Below, one piece after another: positions 48,175-58,858 of a stretch of 64,000 nt of DNA. How positions within the stretch are numbered: the first letter of the stretch is position 1; each line of letters begins with the position of its first letter. The notes beneath the pieces were generated by a model. The model was not told the origin of the DNA and did no database searches. It saw only the letters and a program-made list of their open reading frames with translations. The stretch is from Candidatus Aminicenantes bacterium (GTDB lineage: Bacteria > Acidobacteriota > Aminicenantia > Aminicenantales > UBA4085): positions 9,411 to 73,410 of the forward strand of contig PLMN01000015.1 of the NCBI GenBank assembly GCA_003141555.1. Direction: 5' to 3'. The position numbers and the translations under genes were made by a program.

Positions 48175-50823
48175 TCAGGGCGTATCCGCGGCGGACGTCA
48201 GGATCGCGTTGAAGAGAAGCTTGAACGTCCCATGTGTCTGGGCCCGGTTCTGGACGCGGAGCGGGATGAGGACGAGCCGGCCCTTGTCCACCTTGACCTC
48301 GGCCATCCCGACCTTGTTGGCCAGGTAGGATTCGCCCTGCAGCCAGCCGCTCCGCAGGATGTTGTCCTTCGGATAAAGGACGACCGCGCCGCTCGGCCGG
48401 GCCCCGAAGGCGGAAGCCGGCTCCAGGGCCATCGAGTTCACGAAATAGCCGTCGGCTTCCGCGGGCAGGCCGAAGGCGAGCGGCCGGGTGTTGTCGACCA
48501 GAACGCGGACGACCGATCCCGGGCAGAAGAAGCTCTCGCGGCTCACCCCCTGGAGCGCGTCCCTGAATGGGGCTCCAAACTTGTCGATCGCGAGCTGCGA
48601 GCTCCGCCCGAGGAATATGATCGTTCCTCCCTTGGCCGCGAAATCCTGGAGCGCCTTGAGCCCGGAATCCTCGATGCCGCCCTTGTATTCGGCCGGGACG
48701 TTGGCCGCAGTCTGGCCGGCCAAAATCTGATTGGCTGACATGTCGGGGAAAATGAGGACGTCGAAGTCTCCCGCCGCCCCGCCTTTCCGAAGATCCTCGG
48801 GGTGGACGGTCCTGTACGGAAATTCCCATTGCTCCAGCAGCCAGCGCGTCCAGCCTTCGTCGATGTTCCCGCCCCAAGGCTGATAAAGCGCCGTCCGGGG
48901 GGACCGAACGCGCATCTGGGGTCCTTCGGGAGGCGAAGGAAGCGCGACGGCGTCGATGCCCAGGGACTTGACGATGCCGGCCATGGTTGCCCGGAGTTCC
49001 CGGCCCCCGATGGCCACGATCGCCCCCGGGGCATATGTCCGACCGGCAATCTCGATCTTTTCGGTCATCCACCGAACCTCGGCACCGGCCTTGAGTAGCC
49101 GGTTCACCGCGGTCAAGCTGGCGTTAGTCTCATGACCGAACAGATAAACCGGCCCCTCCCCGCTGATTCGCCCTTCGGGAACATCGATCCGGTCCAGCTT
49201 GGCCAACTCCGCCTCGAAGGGGACTTTGACGAATACCGTCTCGACTCCCATCTGCATCCCAAGCGACCAGCCGGCCGCGTCATAGGGCGGACGGGGAGGT
49301 TGCCCGGGAGCGGCCGCGATCTTGGGGTATTCCTGGGTTTCGAGCATGTCCTTGGCGTAGCCCCGGAACGGCTGGGCCATCAGGATCACGTAATCCCCCG
49401 CCTTATAGCCTTTCCCCTCGGCCCTGAAATCCGTCTTGGCCTGGTGGATCTCCACTCCTCCGAGGGCAAGCACTTGAAGCATCCGGGCGACGGTGGGTCG
49501 GTCACGCTGATCGCGCGGCACCACGACGGCGAAGGGATCCCCTTTCCGGCCTTGTTCGATCTGATTCTTCCCGGCGGCATAGACCGACTCCAGGATCTGT
49601 CCGCGGAGGTCGGCGGCCGTGCCGAGCAGGCCGAACGTGGCGATGCCGTCATATTCGACGATGTCCCGCAGCGTCCAGCGGCCGCCGAGCCAGGGACGGA
49701 CGTATTGGGCCCGGGCCTGGATGTCGCGCGGCGCCGCCAGGGGACGGTTCTCGCCTCCGGCCGGTGTTCCCCCGCGCCCGGCGCCTCGCCCGCCGGCCGT
49801 GGTCGGCGGGGGGGAGGACGGGTCGGCCTTGTCCTGTTCCACCGACGTCGCGGTCCGGACGGAGGCGACTTCGGTCAGCATGCCGATCATGTTGTGCCAC
49901 CAGCCCGCCCAGCCCATGGCCCCCTCCCACCAATATGTGTACGTGTCGGCGTTGATGATGCCGGTCTTGCCGGCCCGCTCGAGGGCGGCGGCCTGGGCGA
50001 AGCCGAGCAGGCCCGCATAGCGGTAGATCAGCGGCTCGACGTTGGGATTAATGGGGTCGTTGGCCGGCATCACGAAGATGCGGGCTCCCGAGCTCCCCAT
50101 CTGGTGCTCGTCGAGCCAGACTTCCGGCAGCCAATCCTGGTAGAGAATCCGGCCGATCAGGCGGGTCTCGATCTGGGTGAACATATAGGCGTCGCGATTG
50201 TTGTCGTGCCCGACATAGGGATGGTAAAGCCACGGGAGGGGCGAATCCTCATAAGGAGTCCCCAGGGTCTTGTCGTACCAGTCGGTCACCATGATCTCGC
50301 CGTCCGGGTTGAGGCACGGGACGAGGAGAAAGACCACGTTATCCAGGATCTTCCTCGTCTCGGGCGACGCGTCGGTTGCCAGCCGGTAGACGGCCTCAAT
50401 CGACATCTGGGTTGCCCCGACCTCGGTCGCGTGCATGCTGCAGGTGACGAGGACAAAGACCTTTCCCTCGCGGGCGAGGCCGCTCGCTTCTTCGTCCGAG
50501 GCGACCGTCCGCGGGTCGAAAATGCGGCGGTTGATCCGTTTGTATCGCTCGATCGAACGGAGGTTCTCCGGCGAGGAAATCACCGCCAGGAGAAACGGAT
50601 TGCCGTTCGTGGTTTTCCCGGGCTCCTGGAGGAGGATTCGGTCCGATCGTCCGGCGACGGCCCGCATGTAATCGACGATCCTGTCCCAGCGGGCGAGCTT
50701 TTTCTCGGCGCCGATCCGATGCCCGAAGAACGCTTCGGGCGAAGGGATCGTCTGCGCGGCCAGGACGGCCGCCAGGAGGAAGAAGACGAAGCCCGAGATG
50801 AGCCAGCGCCGCTTATCGATCAT
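48175..50823 (-). CDS. M14 family zinc carboxypeptidase-like protein with C-terminal GATase-like region
   Basis: Signal peptide; SMHATE (HxxE), NPDG, HDNNRD, LDEHQMG; SD GAGGAG. Confidence 0.82.
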   Translation of the reverse strand: MIDKRRWLISGFVFFLLAAVLAAQTIPSPEAFFGHRIGAEKKLARWDRIVDYMRAVAGRSDRILLQEPGKTTNGNPFLLAVISSPENLRSIERYKRINRRIFDPRTVASDEEASGLAREGKVFVLVTCSMHATEVGATQMSIEAVYRLATDASPETRKILDNVVFLLVPCLNPDGEIMVTDWYDKTLGTPYEDSPLPWLYHPYVGHDNNRDAYMFTQIETRLIGRILYQDWLPEVWLDEHQMGSSGARIFVMPANDPINPNVEPLIYRYAGLLGFAQAAALERAGKTGIINADTYTYWWEGAMGWAGWWHNMIGMLTEVASVRTATSVEQDKADPSSPPPTTAGGRGAGRGGTPAGGENRPLAAPRDIQARAQYVRPWLGGRWTLRDIVEYDGIATFGLLGTAADLRGQILESVYAAGKNQIEQGRKGDPFAVVVPRDQRDRPTVARMLQVLALGGVEIHQAKTDFRAEGKGYKAGDYVILMAQPFRGYAKDMLETQEYPKIAAAPGQPPRPPYDAAGWSLGMQMGVETVFVKVPFEAELAKLDRIDVPEGRISGEGPVYLFGHETNASLTAVNRLLKAGAEVRWMTEKIEIAGRTYAPGAIVAIGGRELRATMAGIVKSLGIDAVALPSPPEGPQMRVRSPRTALYQPWGGNIDEGWTRWLLEQWEFPYRTVHPEDLRKGGAAGDFDVLIFPDMSANQILAGQTAANVPAEYKGGIEDSGLKALQDFAAKGGTIIFLGRSSQLAIDKFGAPFRDALQGVSRESFFCPGSVVRVLVDNTRPLAFGLPAEADGYFVNSMALEPASAFGARPSGAVVLYPKDNILRSGWLQGESYLANKVGMAEVKVDKGRLVLIPLRVQNRAQTHGTFKLLFNAILTSAADTP

Positions 50824-50979
50824 GGGATGTTCTCCTCTTCAGGTCTTTTCAAAAACCTTATCATTGCCGCCCGACCGCTGTCAACGGATGCCGGAACGGC
50901 GGGCGAGATCCCATTTCGGGAAGCCGCCCGTCCGCCCTCCCCCGTTGACCCCGTCCGGGGAATTGGATAATCTGGAACC

Positions 50980-52191
50980 ATGCCCAAGCGCTATGACGCG
51001 GCCGTGATCGGGGGCGGCGCGTCCGGGATCGTGGCCGCCATCGCAGCCGCACGCCGGGGCCGGACCGTCATCCTCCTCGAGCGGATGCCCCGCCTCGGGA
51101 AAAAAATCCTGATCACGGGAGGCGGCCGCTGCAATCTGGCCAACGAAAATCTCGACCCGGCCTTGTACACGTCGCGCGCGCCGGCCCTCGTCGCCCGGGT
51201 TTTCGCCCGGTTCGGGCACCTTCCCATCCGTCTGTTTTTCAAGGACATCGGGCTCGAAACCGTGTCCGAAGGCGGCCGCGTATTCCCGGCGACGAACCAG
51301 GCCGCCTCGGTCCTCAAGGTCCTCGAACTCGAGATCGCCCGGCTCGCCATCCCGGTCGTATTGAATTTCGACGTCGTCCGGATCGATGCCCCGCGGGAAT
51401 CGTTCGCGGTCCATGCGGCCGACGGGCGGGGCGTCGAATCGAAGTCCGTCATCCTGACCGGAGGGGGCAAATCGTATCCCGCCCTCGGGTCCAACGGCAG
51501 CGGCTATCGGCTGGCCGCGCCCTTCGGCCACGACCTCGTGTTGCCCGTGCCCAGCGCCGTGCCGCTCCTCGTCAAGGATCGGCTTTGCCATCTTCTCCAA
51601 GGCCAGAAAGTCCGAGCCCGGGTTTCGGCTCTGATCGACGGCGCCGTCCGCCAGGCGGCGGAGGGGGACGTGCTGTTCACGGTCTACGGGCTGTCGGGGA
51701 CGGCCGTCCTTGACGTGAGCGAAAGCCTGTCCGTGGCCCTCCATCGGGAGAGCGGCCGCTCGCTGGCCGTTTCCCTCGACCTCGTTCCTTTCATGAAGGC
51801 CGAAGCTCTGGCCGCCGAATTCGCCCGGAGACTGCGGTCGGGCTGGTCGGCGGCGGATCTCCTCTCCGGCATTCTCCCTGAAAAATTTCATCTCCTGGCG
51901 GCGGACATCCTCTCCGGGATGAAGGTGTCCGATCACGGCGCCGCGGCCGCCGCCCTGGCTTCCGGCCTGAAGGACAAGCGGTTCCCCGTCCAGGGGACGC
52001 GCGGCTGGAACGAGGCGGAGTTCACGACGGGCGGGATCGACGCCCGGGAAGTCGATATAGCCACCCTGGAATCGCGCTTCCGCAAGCGGCTGCACCTCGC
52101 CGGCGAAATTCTCGACGTCCAGGGCGGACGGGGAGGCTACAATCTCGCCTGGGCCTGGGCTTCCGGCCACGTGGCCGGCGAATCCGTTTAG
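50980..52191 (+). CDS. HI0933/BaiN-like flavoprotein
   Basis: GGGASG, GKKILITGGGRCN, GRVFP, TGGKSYP, TTGGI, GEILDV.G..GGYNL. Confidence 0.9.
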   Translation: MPKRYDAAVIGGGASGIVAAIAAARRGRTVILLERMPRLGKKILITGGGRCNLANENLDPALYTSRAPALVARVFARFGHLPIRLFFKDIGLETVSEGGRVFPATNQAASVLKVLELEIARLAIPVVLNFDVVRIDAPRESFAVHAADGRGVESKSVILTGGGKSYPALGSNGSGYRLAAPFGHDLVLPVPSAVPLLVKDRLCHLLQGQKVRARVSALIDGAVRQAAEGDVLFTVYGLSGTAVLDVSESLSVALHRESGRSLAVSLDLVPFMKAEALAAEFARRLRSGWSAADLLSGILPEKFHLLAADILSGMKVSDHGAAAAALASGLKDKRFPVQGTRGWNEAEFTTGGIDAREVDIATLESRFRKRLHLAGEILDVQGGRGGYNLAWAWASGHVAGESV

Positions 52192-52192
52192 A

Positions 52193-53413
52193 TCAGAGCG
52201 CTTCGCTTTCGCCGGATGGAGGGGCATCGGTCCGGCTCAAGGCCAGAAAGCCAGCGGCGATCGCTGAACTCAACCCCGCCGCCGCGAACCACAAGGCGGT
52301 TCCCCCGGCCGTTTCATAGAGATGCGTTCCGAGGACCGGGCCGAGGACCGATCCGATCCCGAAAGCCAGGCCGAATGCCCCCTGATACTGGCCCTGGGCG
52401 CCCTCCGGAGCGCGTAACGAGATCATGGTGACCAGAGTCGGCATGATCAGCATTTCCCCCACGGTCCAGACGGCGACGGTCGCCGCGGCGTAGAGCGCGC
52501 CCCGGCCCAAAGGCAACAATCCCAGACCCGCTCCGAGGAAAACCGCGCCCGAAGCGGCGACTCTGCCGCGCTTGAACCGCTCCACGCTATGGGTCAAGGG
52601 CATCTGGAAGATCACGATGAGGACGGTGTTCACCGCGAACAGGGGCCCGATCAGCCGCTCGCTCAGGCCGAACGCGGACTTCATGTAGAGCGGGAAAGTG
52701 CCGAACAGCTGGATGAAGACCGTGCTGAGGCCGATCGTGAGCGCGAGAATCGAGATCATGATCCCGTCATGGCGCCAGGCAAGGGGTTGCGGCCGCTTCT
52801 CTTTGGGGGCGATCCCTCCGGACCTCCGGCCGGCCGGGAACATGATGAAGAAGGCCAGGGCCGCGAGCAGACAGGTCGTCCCGTCCACCCAGAAGAGGAG
52901 CCCATAATGACGGCCGGCGAGGAATCCGCCGACCACGGGCCCGATCGTCACCCCGAGGTTGTTGGCCAGCCGGCTGAGGACGAAGCCGCGGCTCCGGATC
53001 TCGGGGGCGCAAATCTCGGCCAGGGCCGAGGCATTGGCCGGGAAGAGCGCGGCGGCCGACACCCCATAGAGGAACATGAAGGCCAGGATGCTCGGGAAAT
53101 CCCGCAAAAAGCCAAGAGAAATGAGGAATACGCCGGACAGGGCCATGCTGAGCCTCTGGGTCCGGCGAGGCCCCAGCCGATCGCTGGCCAGGCCTCCGAG
53201 AAGGTTGCCCAACAGCATTCCGAAGCCGTACCCGCTCAGGACCTGCCCCGCCCGGGCGACCGTGAAACCCAGATGCCGGGTGAGATAAAGCGTCAGGAAA
53301 AAGACGACCATCGTCCCGCTCATATTGATGAACAGGATGAAGCTCAGGGCCCAGGCATCACGGGGGAGTCCCGCGTAGGAGGCTCGATATTTCCGGACGA
53401 TGTCGGAGAGCAT
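52193..53413 (-). CDS. MFS transporter
   Basis: About 12 hydrophobic segments, GGLASDRLGPRR motif A. Confidence 0.87.
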   Translation of the reverse strand: MLSDIVRKYRASYAGLPRDAWALSFILFINMSGTMVVFFLTLYLTRHLGFTVARAGQVLSGYGFGMLLGNLLGGLASDRLGPRRTQRLSMALSGVFLISLGFLRDFPSILAFMFLYGVSAAALFPANASALAEICAPEIRSRGFVLSRLANNLGVTIGPVVGGFLAGRHYGLLFWVDGTTCLLAALAFFIMFPAGRRSGGIAPKEKRPQPLAWRHDGIMISILALTIGLSTVFIQLFGTFPLYMKSAFGLSERLIGPLFAVNTVLIVIFQMPLTHSVERFKRGRVAASGAVFLGAGLGLLPLGRGALYAAATVAVWTVGEMLIMPTLVTMISLRAPEGAQGQYQGAFGLAFGIGSVLGPVLGTHLYETAGGTALWFAAAGLSSAIAAGFLALSRTDAPPSGESEAL

Positions 53414-53503
53414 GGAATTGAAATTATATCAGGAAACCGCGAAAACAGTTTGCCAGGGGCCGGAATTCGGAGTAACTTACCATGCTCCCGCGATACCCCG
53501 ATC

Positions 53504-55699
53504 ATGACCGATATCCTGGCCGAATTGACCGAATCCCAGAAGACGGCGGTGACCCATGTCGAGGGTCCGATGCTCGTCCTGGCCGGGCCGGGCTCCGGCA
53601 AGACGCGCGTCATCACCCGGCGAATAGCCTGGCTGATCGGCTCGGGCGTTCCGCCCGGCCGCATTCTGGCCGTGACATTCACCAACAAGGCCGCCGAGGA
53701 GATGAGATCACGGCTGCGGGCCATGGAGACCCCTCCCGGCTCGATGCTCTGCACTTTTCACGGCTTCTGCGCCCGGATTCTGAGGGAATTCTCGGCCCGG
53801 GCGGGGCTGCCCGCCCATTTTTCCATTTACGACCAGGCTGACCAGAAATCCGTCCTCCGGGAGATCTACAAGGATAAGGCGCTGGACGCCCAAAGGCACC
53901 CTCCCGCGGCCGTCCTGAGGAAGATCAGCCGAAATAAAAGCAGCTCGCGGAAGGCGGACGGGACATCCGGCGATTTCGGGGCGGATCTCCCTGACGACCT
54001 TTTCCGCGAAATCTCGGACGCCTATGAAGCCGGTCTTAAGGCCGCCGGAGCGCTGGACTTCGACGACCTGCTCCTGAGGACGGCCGAGCTCATGGATGCG
54101 GATGAAGATCTGCGGGCCGGCCTCGGCCGGAGGTTCCGGTTCGTCCTGGTCGACGAATACCAGGATACCAACACCTGCCAATATCGGATCGTTCGCTCTC
54201 TCGTCCGCAACCACGGCAACCTGTTCGTCACGGGCGATCCCGACCAGTCGATCTACGGGTGGCGGGGGGCCGACATCGAGAACATCCTGGCCTTTGAAAA
54301 GGACTTCCCCGGCGCCCCGGTCGTCCGCCTCGAGGAGAATTTTCGTTCGTCCCCCCAAGTGCTGCGGCTGGCCGACGGCCTGATCCGGGCCAATGTCCGA
54401 CGCAAGGACAAGCGCCTGATCTCGAAACGGCCTGAAGGAGCCGCCCCTCGCCTTTACGGATACGCGGATGAAAGCGAGGAAGCCCTGGGCGCGGCGGCTT
54501 GGATCCGGGAGATGCACGAGACTCATGGCCTGGATTACAGCCGGATCGCCGTCTTTTACCGGACGAACGCCATGAGCCGGGTCCTCGAGGAGGCTCTGAT
54601 CCGGGCCCGCCTTCCCTACCAGATCGTCAAGGGCCTCGAATTCCTCGAGCGCCGCGAAGTCAAGGACATGCTGGCCTACCTGCGGCTTCTGGCGAATCCC
54701 TCGGACGAGGTGTCTCTCTTCCGGATCATCAACCGGCCGGCGCGGGGCATCGGGGAGGCGACCGTCCGGACGCTCCGCGACCGGGCGAGAGCATCGCGGC
54801 GCGAGGTCCGGGAGATCCTCGAGGAGGCCGCCGGCATCCCCGATATTTCCTCCGGCGCGCGAGCGCGCCTTGGAAAATTCGTCGAGCTTGTCGCCGGCTT
54901 GCGGGCGCTCTTGGACAAGCCCGTGGCCGAGATCCTGAGAGCCGTCTATGTCGGCACGGGGCTCGAAGCGGCTCTCAAGGACGAAAAGAACGAGGACGCG
55001 GCGGAGAATATCGAGGAATTGATCCAGGCCGCGGCCGAATTCGACCGAGAATTCGCCTCCCAAGGGGGACTCGGCCTCTATCTTCAACAAACGGCCTTAA
55101 TGAGCGACGTCGACGCATACGACGAACAATCAGGAGCGGTCTCGCTGATGACGCTCCATTCGGCCAAAGGCCTGGAATTTGCCGCGGTCCTGATCGTCGG
55201 CGTCGAGGACGGCGTGATCCCGCACGTCCGGAGCACGGACGCAGGGCGCGACATCGAGGAGGAGCGCCGCCTCCTGTTCGTCGGGATCACCAGGACCGAG
55301 CGCTTCCTGGGACTCAGCCATGCCCGGACGAGGACGGTGCATGGGATCACCCGGCCCGCCGCCCTCTCGCCGTTCTTGAGGGACATCGGCGGGTTGGAGA
55401 TTGCGCCAGCGCCGGCCCTGAGCCGGGCGTTCAGCATCGGGCGGAGTTCGCCGACCACGGTCGACGCCTTCACTTTTCTGACGACCCCGGAAGCCGGTGA
55501 GGGATCAGGTACCGCGCTCGGCTTCCGGACGGGACAGAAGGTCCGCCATCCGGCCATAGGGCAAGGCCGGATCGAACAGATTATCCCCGACGGGGAGAGG
55601 AGCCGGGTGGTCGTCCAATTCGATTCTGGCCCACGGCTGACCCTGGTCCTGAAATTTGCCCGGCTCGAGCCTCTCGGCGAAGCCGGCCCTCAAAAATAA
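53504..55699 (+). CDS. uvrD: UvrD/PcrA ATP-dependent DNA helicase
   Basis: AGPGSGKT, TFTNKAA, VDEYQDTN, GDPDQSIYGWRGA, ENFRS, LHSAKGLEF, EERRLLFVGITR, C-terminal Tudor-like region. Confidence 0.92.
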   Translation: MTDILAELTESQKTAVTHVEGPMLVLAGPGSGKTRVITRRIAWLIGSGVPPGRILAVTFTNKAAEEMRSRLRAMETPPGSMLCTFHGFCARILREFSARAGLPAHFSIYDQADQKSVLREIYKDKALDAQRHPPAAVLRKISRNKSSSRKADGTSGDFGADLPDDLFREISDAYEAGLKAAGALDFDDLLLRTAELMDADEDLRAGLGRRFRFVLVDEYQDTNTCQYRIVRSLVRNHGNLFVTGDPDQSIYGWRGADIENILAFEKDFPGAPVVRLEENFRSSPQVLRLADGLIRANVRRKDKRLISKRPEGAAPRLYGYADESEEALGAAAWIREMHETHGLDYSRIAVFYRTNAMSRVLEEALIRARLPYQIVKGLEFLERREVKDMLAYLRLLANPSDEVSLFRIINRPARGIGEATVRTLRDRARASRREVREILEEAAGIPDISSGARARLGKFVELVAGLRALLDKPVAEILRAVYVGTGLEAALKDEKNEDAAENIEELIQAAAEFDREFASQGGLGLYLQQTALMSDVDAYDEQSGAVSLMTLHSAKGLEFAAVLIVGVEDGVIPHVRSTDAGRDIEEERRLLFVGITRTERFLGLSHARTRTVHGITRPAALSPFLRDIGGLEIAPAPALSRAFSIGRSSPTTVDAFTFLTTPEAGEGSGTALGFRTGQKVRHPAIGQGRIEQIIPDGERSRVVVQFDSGPRLTLVLKFARLEPLGEAGPQK

Positions 55700-56322
55700 T
55701 CTTCAACGAGCACGTGAGAGGCGAATTTCCCCCCGACGAGATTCGTATGGAATGAACGGTACTCGTCCACCCGGGCGGAGGGAACCCGGACGGTCACCGT
55801 GACGAGCTCCGCGAATTCGCGGGAGAGGATTTCGAAGCCTTCCCGGGAGGCCTGTTTTTCGAGGCCCGCCAGCTGAGCATAAGGCAAGACCGCTTCGACC
55901 GTAGCCATCCGCCTGAGCTCTTTCAAGCCCGACGCCCCGAGGACGGATTTCGCCGCGCCGGCATATGCTCGGACCAAGCCGCCCGCGCCGAGCTTGATCC
56001 CGCCGAAGTATCTTGTCACCACGACCAGGGCCTGGGTGACGTCGCTCCGCTTGAGGATCTCGAGAACCGGCGGCCCGGCCGTTCCGCCGGGCTCACCGTC
56101 GTCGCTGTAACGGGCCTGTTCTCCCGTCAGCCCGACGCGAAAGGCCCAGACATTGTGGTCCGCGGCCCGGTTCGCCGCCTGAACGTCCTTCACCGCCGCC
56201 AGGGCGTCTTCGACCGTCGTTCGCTTGAAGCTTCGCGCTACGAACCGGGAGCGCTTGATTTCGAGAGAGATCTCCGCTTCTCGTTCGAGAGCCTTGATCG
56301 GCCGGTCGGGGACGTCTTTCAT
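55690..56322 (-). CDS. yigZ: YigZ/IMPACT family protein
   Basis: IKRSRF, HNVWAF, SDDGEPGGTAG, RYFGGIKLGAGGLVRAY. Confidence 0.9.
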   Translation of the reverse strand: MKDVPDRPIKALEREAEISLEIKRSRFVARSFKRTTVEDALAAVKDVQAANRAADHNVWAFRVGLTGEQARYSDDGEPGGTAGPPVLEILKRSDVTQALVVVTRYFGGIKLGAGGLVRAYAGAAKSVLGASGLKELRRMATVEAVLPYAQLAGLEKQASREGFEILSREFAELVTVTVRVPSARVDEYRSFHTNLVGGKFASHVLVEDYF

Positions 56323-56371
56323 GGTCATCCTTAGCATATCCCGAAATCCGGTTTTTTGGTAATATGGCGCC

Positions 56372-58843
56372 ATGTCCGAACCCGAAACGGTCGCCGGCCC
56401 CGAGGCCGCCCCGGCCCGCGATCGCTCCTTCCCGTTCCTTTTGGCGGCTTTTGCCGCGAGCGGATGCGCCGCCCTGATCTACGAAATCGTTTGGTTCCAA
56501 ATGCTCCAGATGGTGATCGGATCCACGGCGGTCTCATTAGCCGTGCTTCTGGGGACCTATATGGGCGGCATGGGCATCGGCAGCGTCCTGGTGCCCCGGC
56601 TCGTCTCTCCGCGCCGCAACCCGATCAGGGTTTACGGCTTTCTCGAGCTCGGGATCGGGGCGACCGGGCTGGGAATCCTGTTCGGCATGCCGTCGATCGT
56701 CCGGATTTACACTTCGAGCGCCGGGCACGGCTTCGCGGGGATCCTCGTCCGCGGCGCGGTCAGCGCCCTCTGCCTCCTGGGGCCGACCGTTCTCATGGGC
56801 GCGACGCTGCCCGTTCTCTCGCGAAGCCTGGAATCGACGCCCCGGGGCGTATCCCGGATGGGCTTTCTCTACGGCACGAATACTGCGGGGGCGGTCTGCG
56901 GATGCCTTCTTGCGGGATTCTATCTTCTCCGCGTCCATGATGTGACGGTCGCCACGTTCGTCGCCGCGTCGGTCAATGCCGCGGCGGCGGCCATCGCCTT
57001 CGGCCTGGCCGCCCTATCAAAGAAGATGCCCTCTCCGGCGGCCGTCTCGCCAAGCCGGGAAGCGGATGAACCCGGAGAAGCCCCCTGGACGGCTCTGGCG
57101 GCGATCTTCCTCTCCGGATTCGTCGCGCTCGGCGCCGAAGAAATCTGGACCCGGATCCTGTCACTCATGCTGGGAGGCACGGTCTACACGTTCGCCATCA
57201 TCCTTGCCGTTTTTCTGGCAGGCCTGGGCCTCGGCAGCGCCGGCGCATCGGCCTGGATCCGGCGCAATCGGCGGCCGGGACTGGCCCTGGCGGCTTGCCA
57301 ATTCCTGTTGACCGCGGTGATCGCGTATGTCGCTTTTATGCTGTTCAAACCGCTCCCCTATTGGCCGATCGGCGGAGGGAGCGATACGGCGCCCTGGGTT
57401 CGTTTCCTGACCGATCTCCTGCGGACGATGATCGCCGTTTTTCCGCCGGCCCTTCTCTGGGGGGCGAGCTTTCCCCTGGCCCTGGCCGCAGTTGTGCCCC
57501 AAGGACGGGATTCAGGTCGAACGGTTGGCAAGGTCTACGCATTCAATACCGCCGGGGCGATCCTCGGGTCCATCGGCTTCAACCTGGTCTTGATCCCGGT
57601 CTTGGGGACCCGCCAATCCCAGAGGATCCTGATCGCGGCGTCGGCCCTTGCCGGCTTGCTCGCGGCCCTTCCCTTCATAAAATCGCGGCATGAGACGAAG
57701 CAGGCCGACGAGCCGGTCATGGAGGAAATCGCGCGCCGAGCCTGGCCGGCCGCGGTCGCCGTGGCCGCGGTCCTAGCCCTGTTGGTGCCGCGCGTGTCGT
57801 GGGAGCTGATCGCCTACGGCCGCCGCGTCCCCTCGAAGATCGGCGAGGGCCGGCCGCTCTATTACGGCGAGGGGATGAACTCTTCCGTGGCGGTCACGGA
57901 GCTCGACGACGGCACGCGGAATTTCCACGTCAGCGGCAAGGTCGAGGCCTCGAGCGATCCCGCTGACATGCGCCTGGAGCGGATGTTGGGCCATATCCCC
58001 TCGCTCCTCCATCCTGAACCCAAGTCCGTGCTGGTCGTGGGCTGCGGGGCTGGTGTGACCGCCGGGACGTTCGTCCTGTATCCCAGCGTGAAGAGGATCG
58101 TCATATGCGAGATCGAGCCCCTCATCCCCCGGGTCGTGGCCCGCTTTTTCGGCGAGCAGAATTACGACGTCCTGGACAATCGGCGCGTCGAGCTCGTCTA
58201 CGACGACGCGCGGCACTATATCCTCACGACCAAGGAGAAGTTCGATATCATCACCTCCGATCCCATCCATCCCTGGATCAAGGGATCGGCCGTCCTGTAC
58301 TCCCAGGAATATTTCGAGATGTGCCGGAGCCATCTGAACCCGGGCGGGGTGATCAGCCAGTGGGTGCCGTTCTATGAAAGCACGCCCGAGACCGTCAAGA
58401 GCGAAATCGCCACCTTTTTCAAGGTCTTTCCCCAAGGGACGATCTGGAGCAACGACGTCAACGGGGCCGGCTATGACGTCGTGATGCTCGGGTCGGAGGG
58501 GCGCCTCGAAATCGACGTCGACGGGCTGCAGAGCCGGCTCGAGCGCGGCGACCACGAGGCCGCGGCCTTGTCGCTCGGCGAAGTCGGGTTCGGAAACGCC
58601 GTCCAAGTCCTTTCGACGTATGCCGGGCGGGGACCTGATCTGGGGGCGTGGCTCGAAGGCGCGGCGATCAACCACGACCGGAATTTACGGCTCCAATACC
58701 TGGCCGGACTGGGATTGAACGCCTGGCGGGGTTCCGAGATCCTCGACGGGATGATGAAGTTCCGGAAGTTTCCCGAAGACCTCTTCCGGGGATCGGACAA
58801 TCAGCTCAAGGCCCTCAAGCTAGCCCTGCGGCTCGAACCCTAG
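56372..58843 (+). CDS. Fused membrane domain/spermidine synthase-like SAM-dependent protein
   Basis: SGCAALIYE, MGATLP, LYGTNTAG, many TMs; VLVVGCGAGVT, DDAR, DIITSDP. Confidence 0.82.
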   Translation: MSEPETVAGPEAAPARDRSFPFLLAAFAASGCAALIYEIVWFQMLQMVIGSTAVSLAVLLGTYMGGMGIGSVLVPRLVSPRRNPIRVYGFLELGIGATGLGILFGMPSIVRIYTSSAGHGFAGILVRGAVSALCLLGPTVLMGATLPVLSRSLESTPRGVSRMGFLYGTNTAGAVCGCLLAGFYLLRVHDVTVATFVAASVNAAAAAIAFGLAALSKKMPSPAAVSPSREADEPGEAPWTALAAIFLSGFVALGAEEIWTRILSLMLGGTVYTFAIILAVFLAGLGLGSAGASAWIRRNRRPGLALAACQFLLTAVIAYVAFMLFKPLPYWPIGGGSDTAPWVRFLTDLLRTMIAVFPPALLWGASFPLALAAVVPQGRDSGRTVGKVYAFNTAGAILGSIGFNLVLIPVLGTRQSQRILIAASALAGLLAALPFIKSRHETKQADEPVMEEIARRAWPAAVAVAAVLALLVPRVSWELIAYGRRVPSKIGEGRPLYYGEGMNSSVAVTELDDGTRNFHVSGKVEASSDPADMRLERMLGHIPSLLHPEPKSVLVVGCGAGVTAGTFVLYPSVKRIVICEIEPLIPRVVARFFGEQNYDVLDNRRVELVYDDARHYILTTKEKFDIITSDPIHPWIKGSAVLYSQEYFEMCRSHLNPGGVISQWVPFYESTPETVKSEIATFFKVFPQGTIWSNDVNGAGYDVVMLGSEGRLEIDVDGLQSRLERGDHEAAALSLGEVGFGNAVQVLSTYAGRGPDLGAWLEGAAINHDRNLRLQYLAGLGLNAWRGSEILDGMMKFRKFPEDLFRGSDNQLKALKLALRLEP

Positions 58844-58858
58844 GCTCTATAGAAGCGC

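Noticed and set aside
52589-55699. 1036-aa ORF suggesting an extended helicase
   Set aside because: The N-terminal 305 aa are antisense to the MFS gene; UvrD homology begins at ATG 53504.
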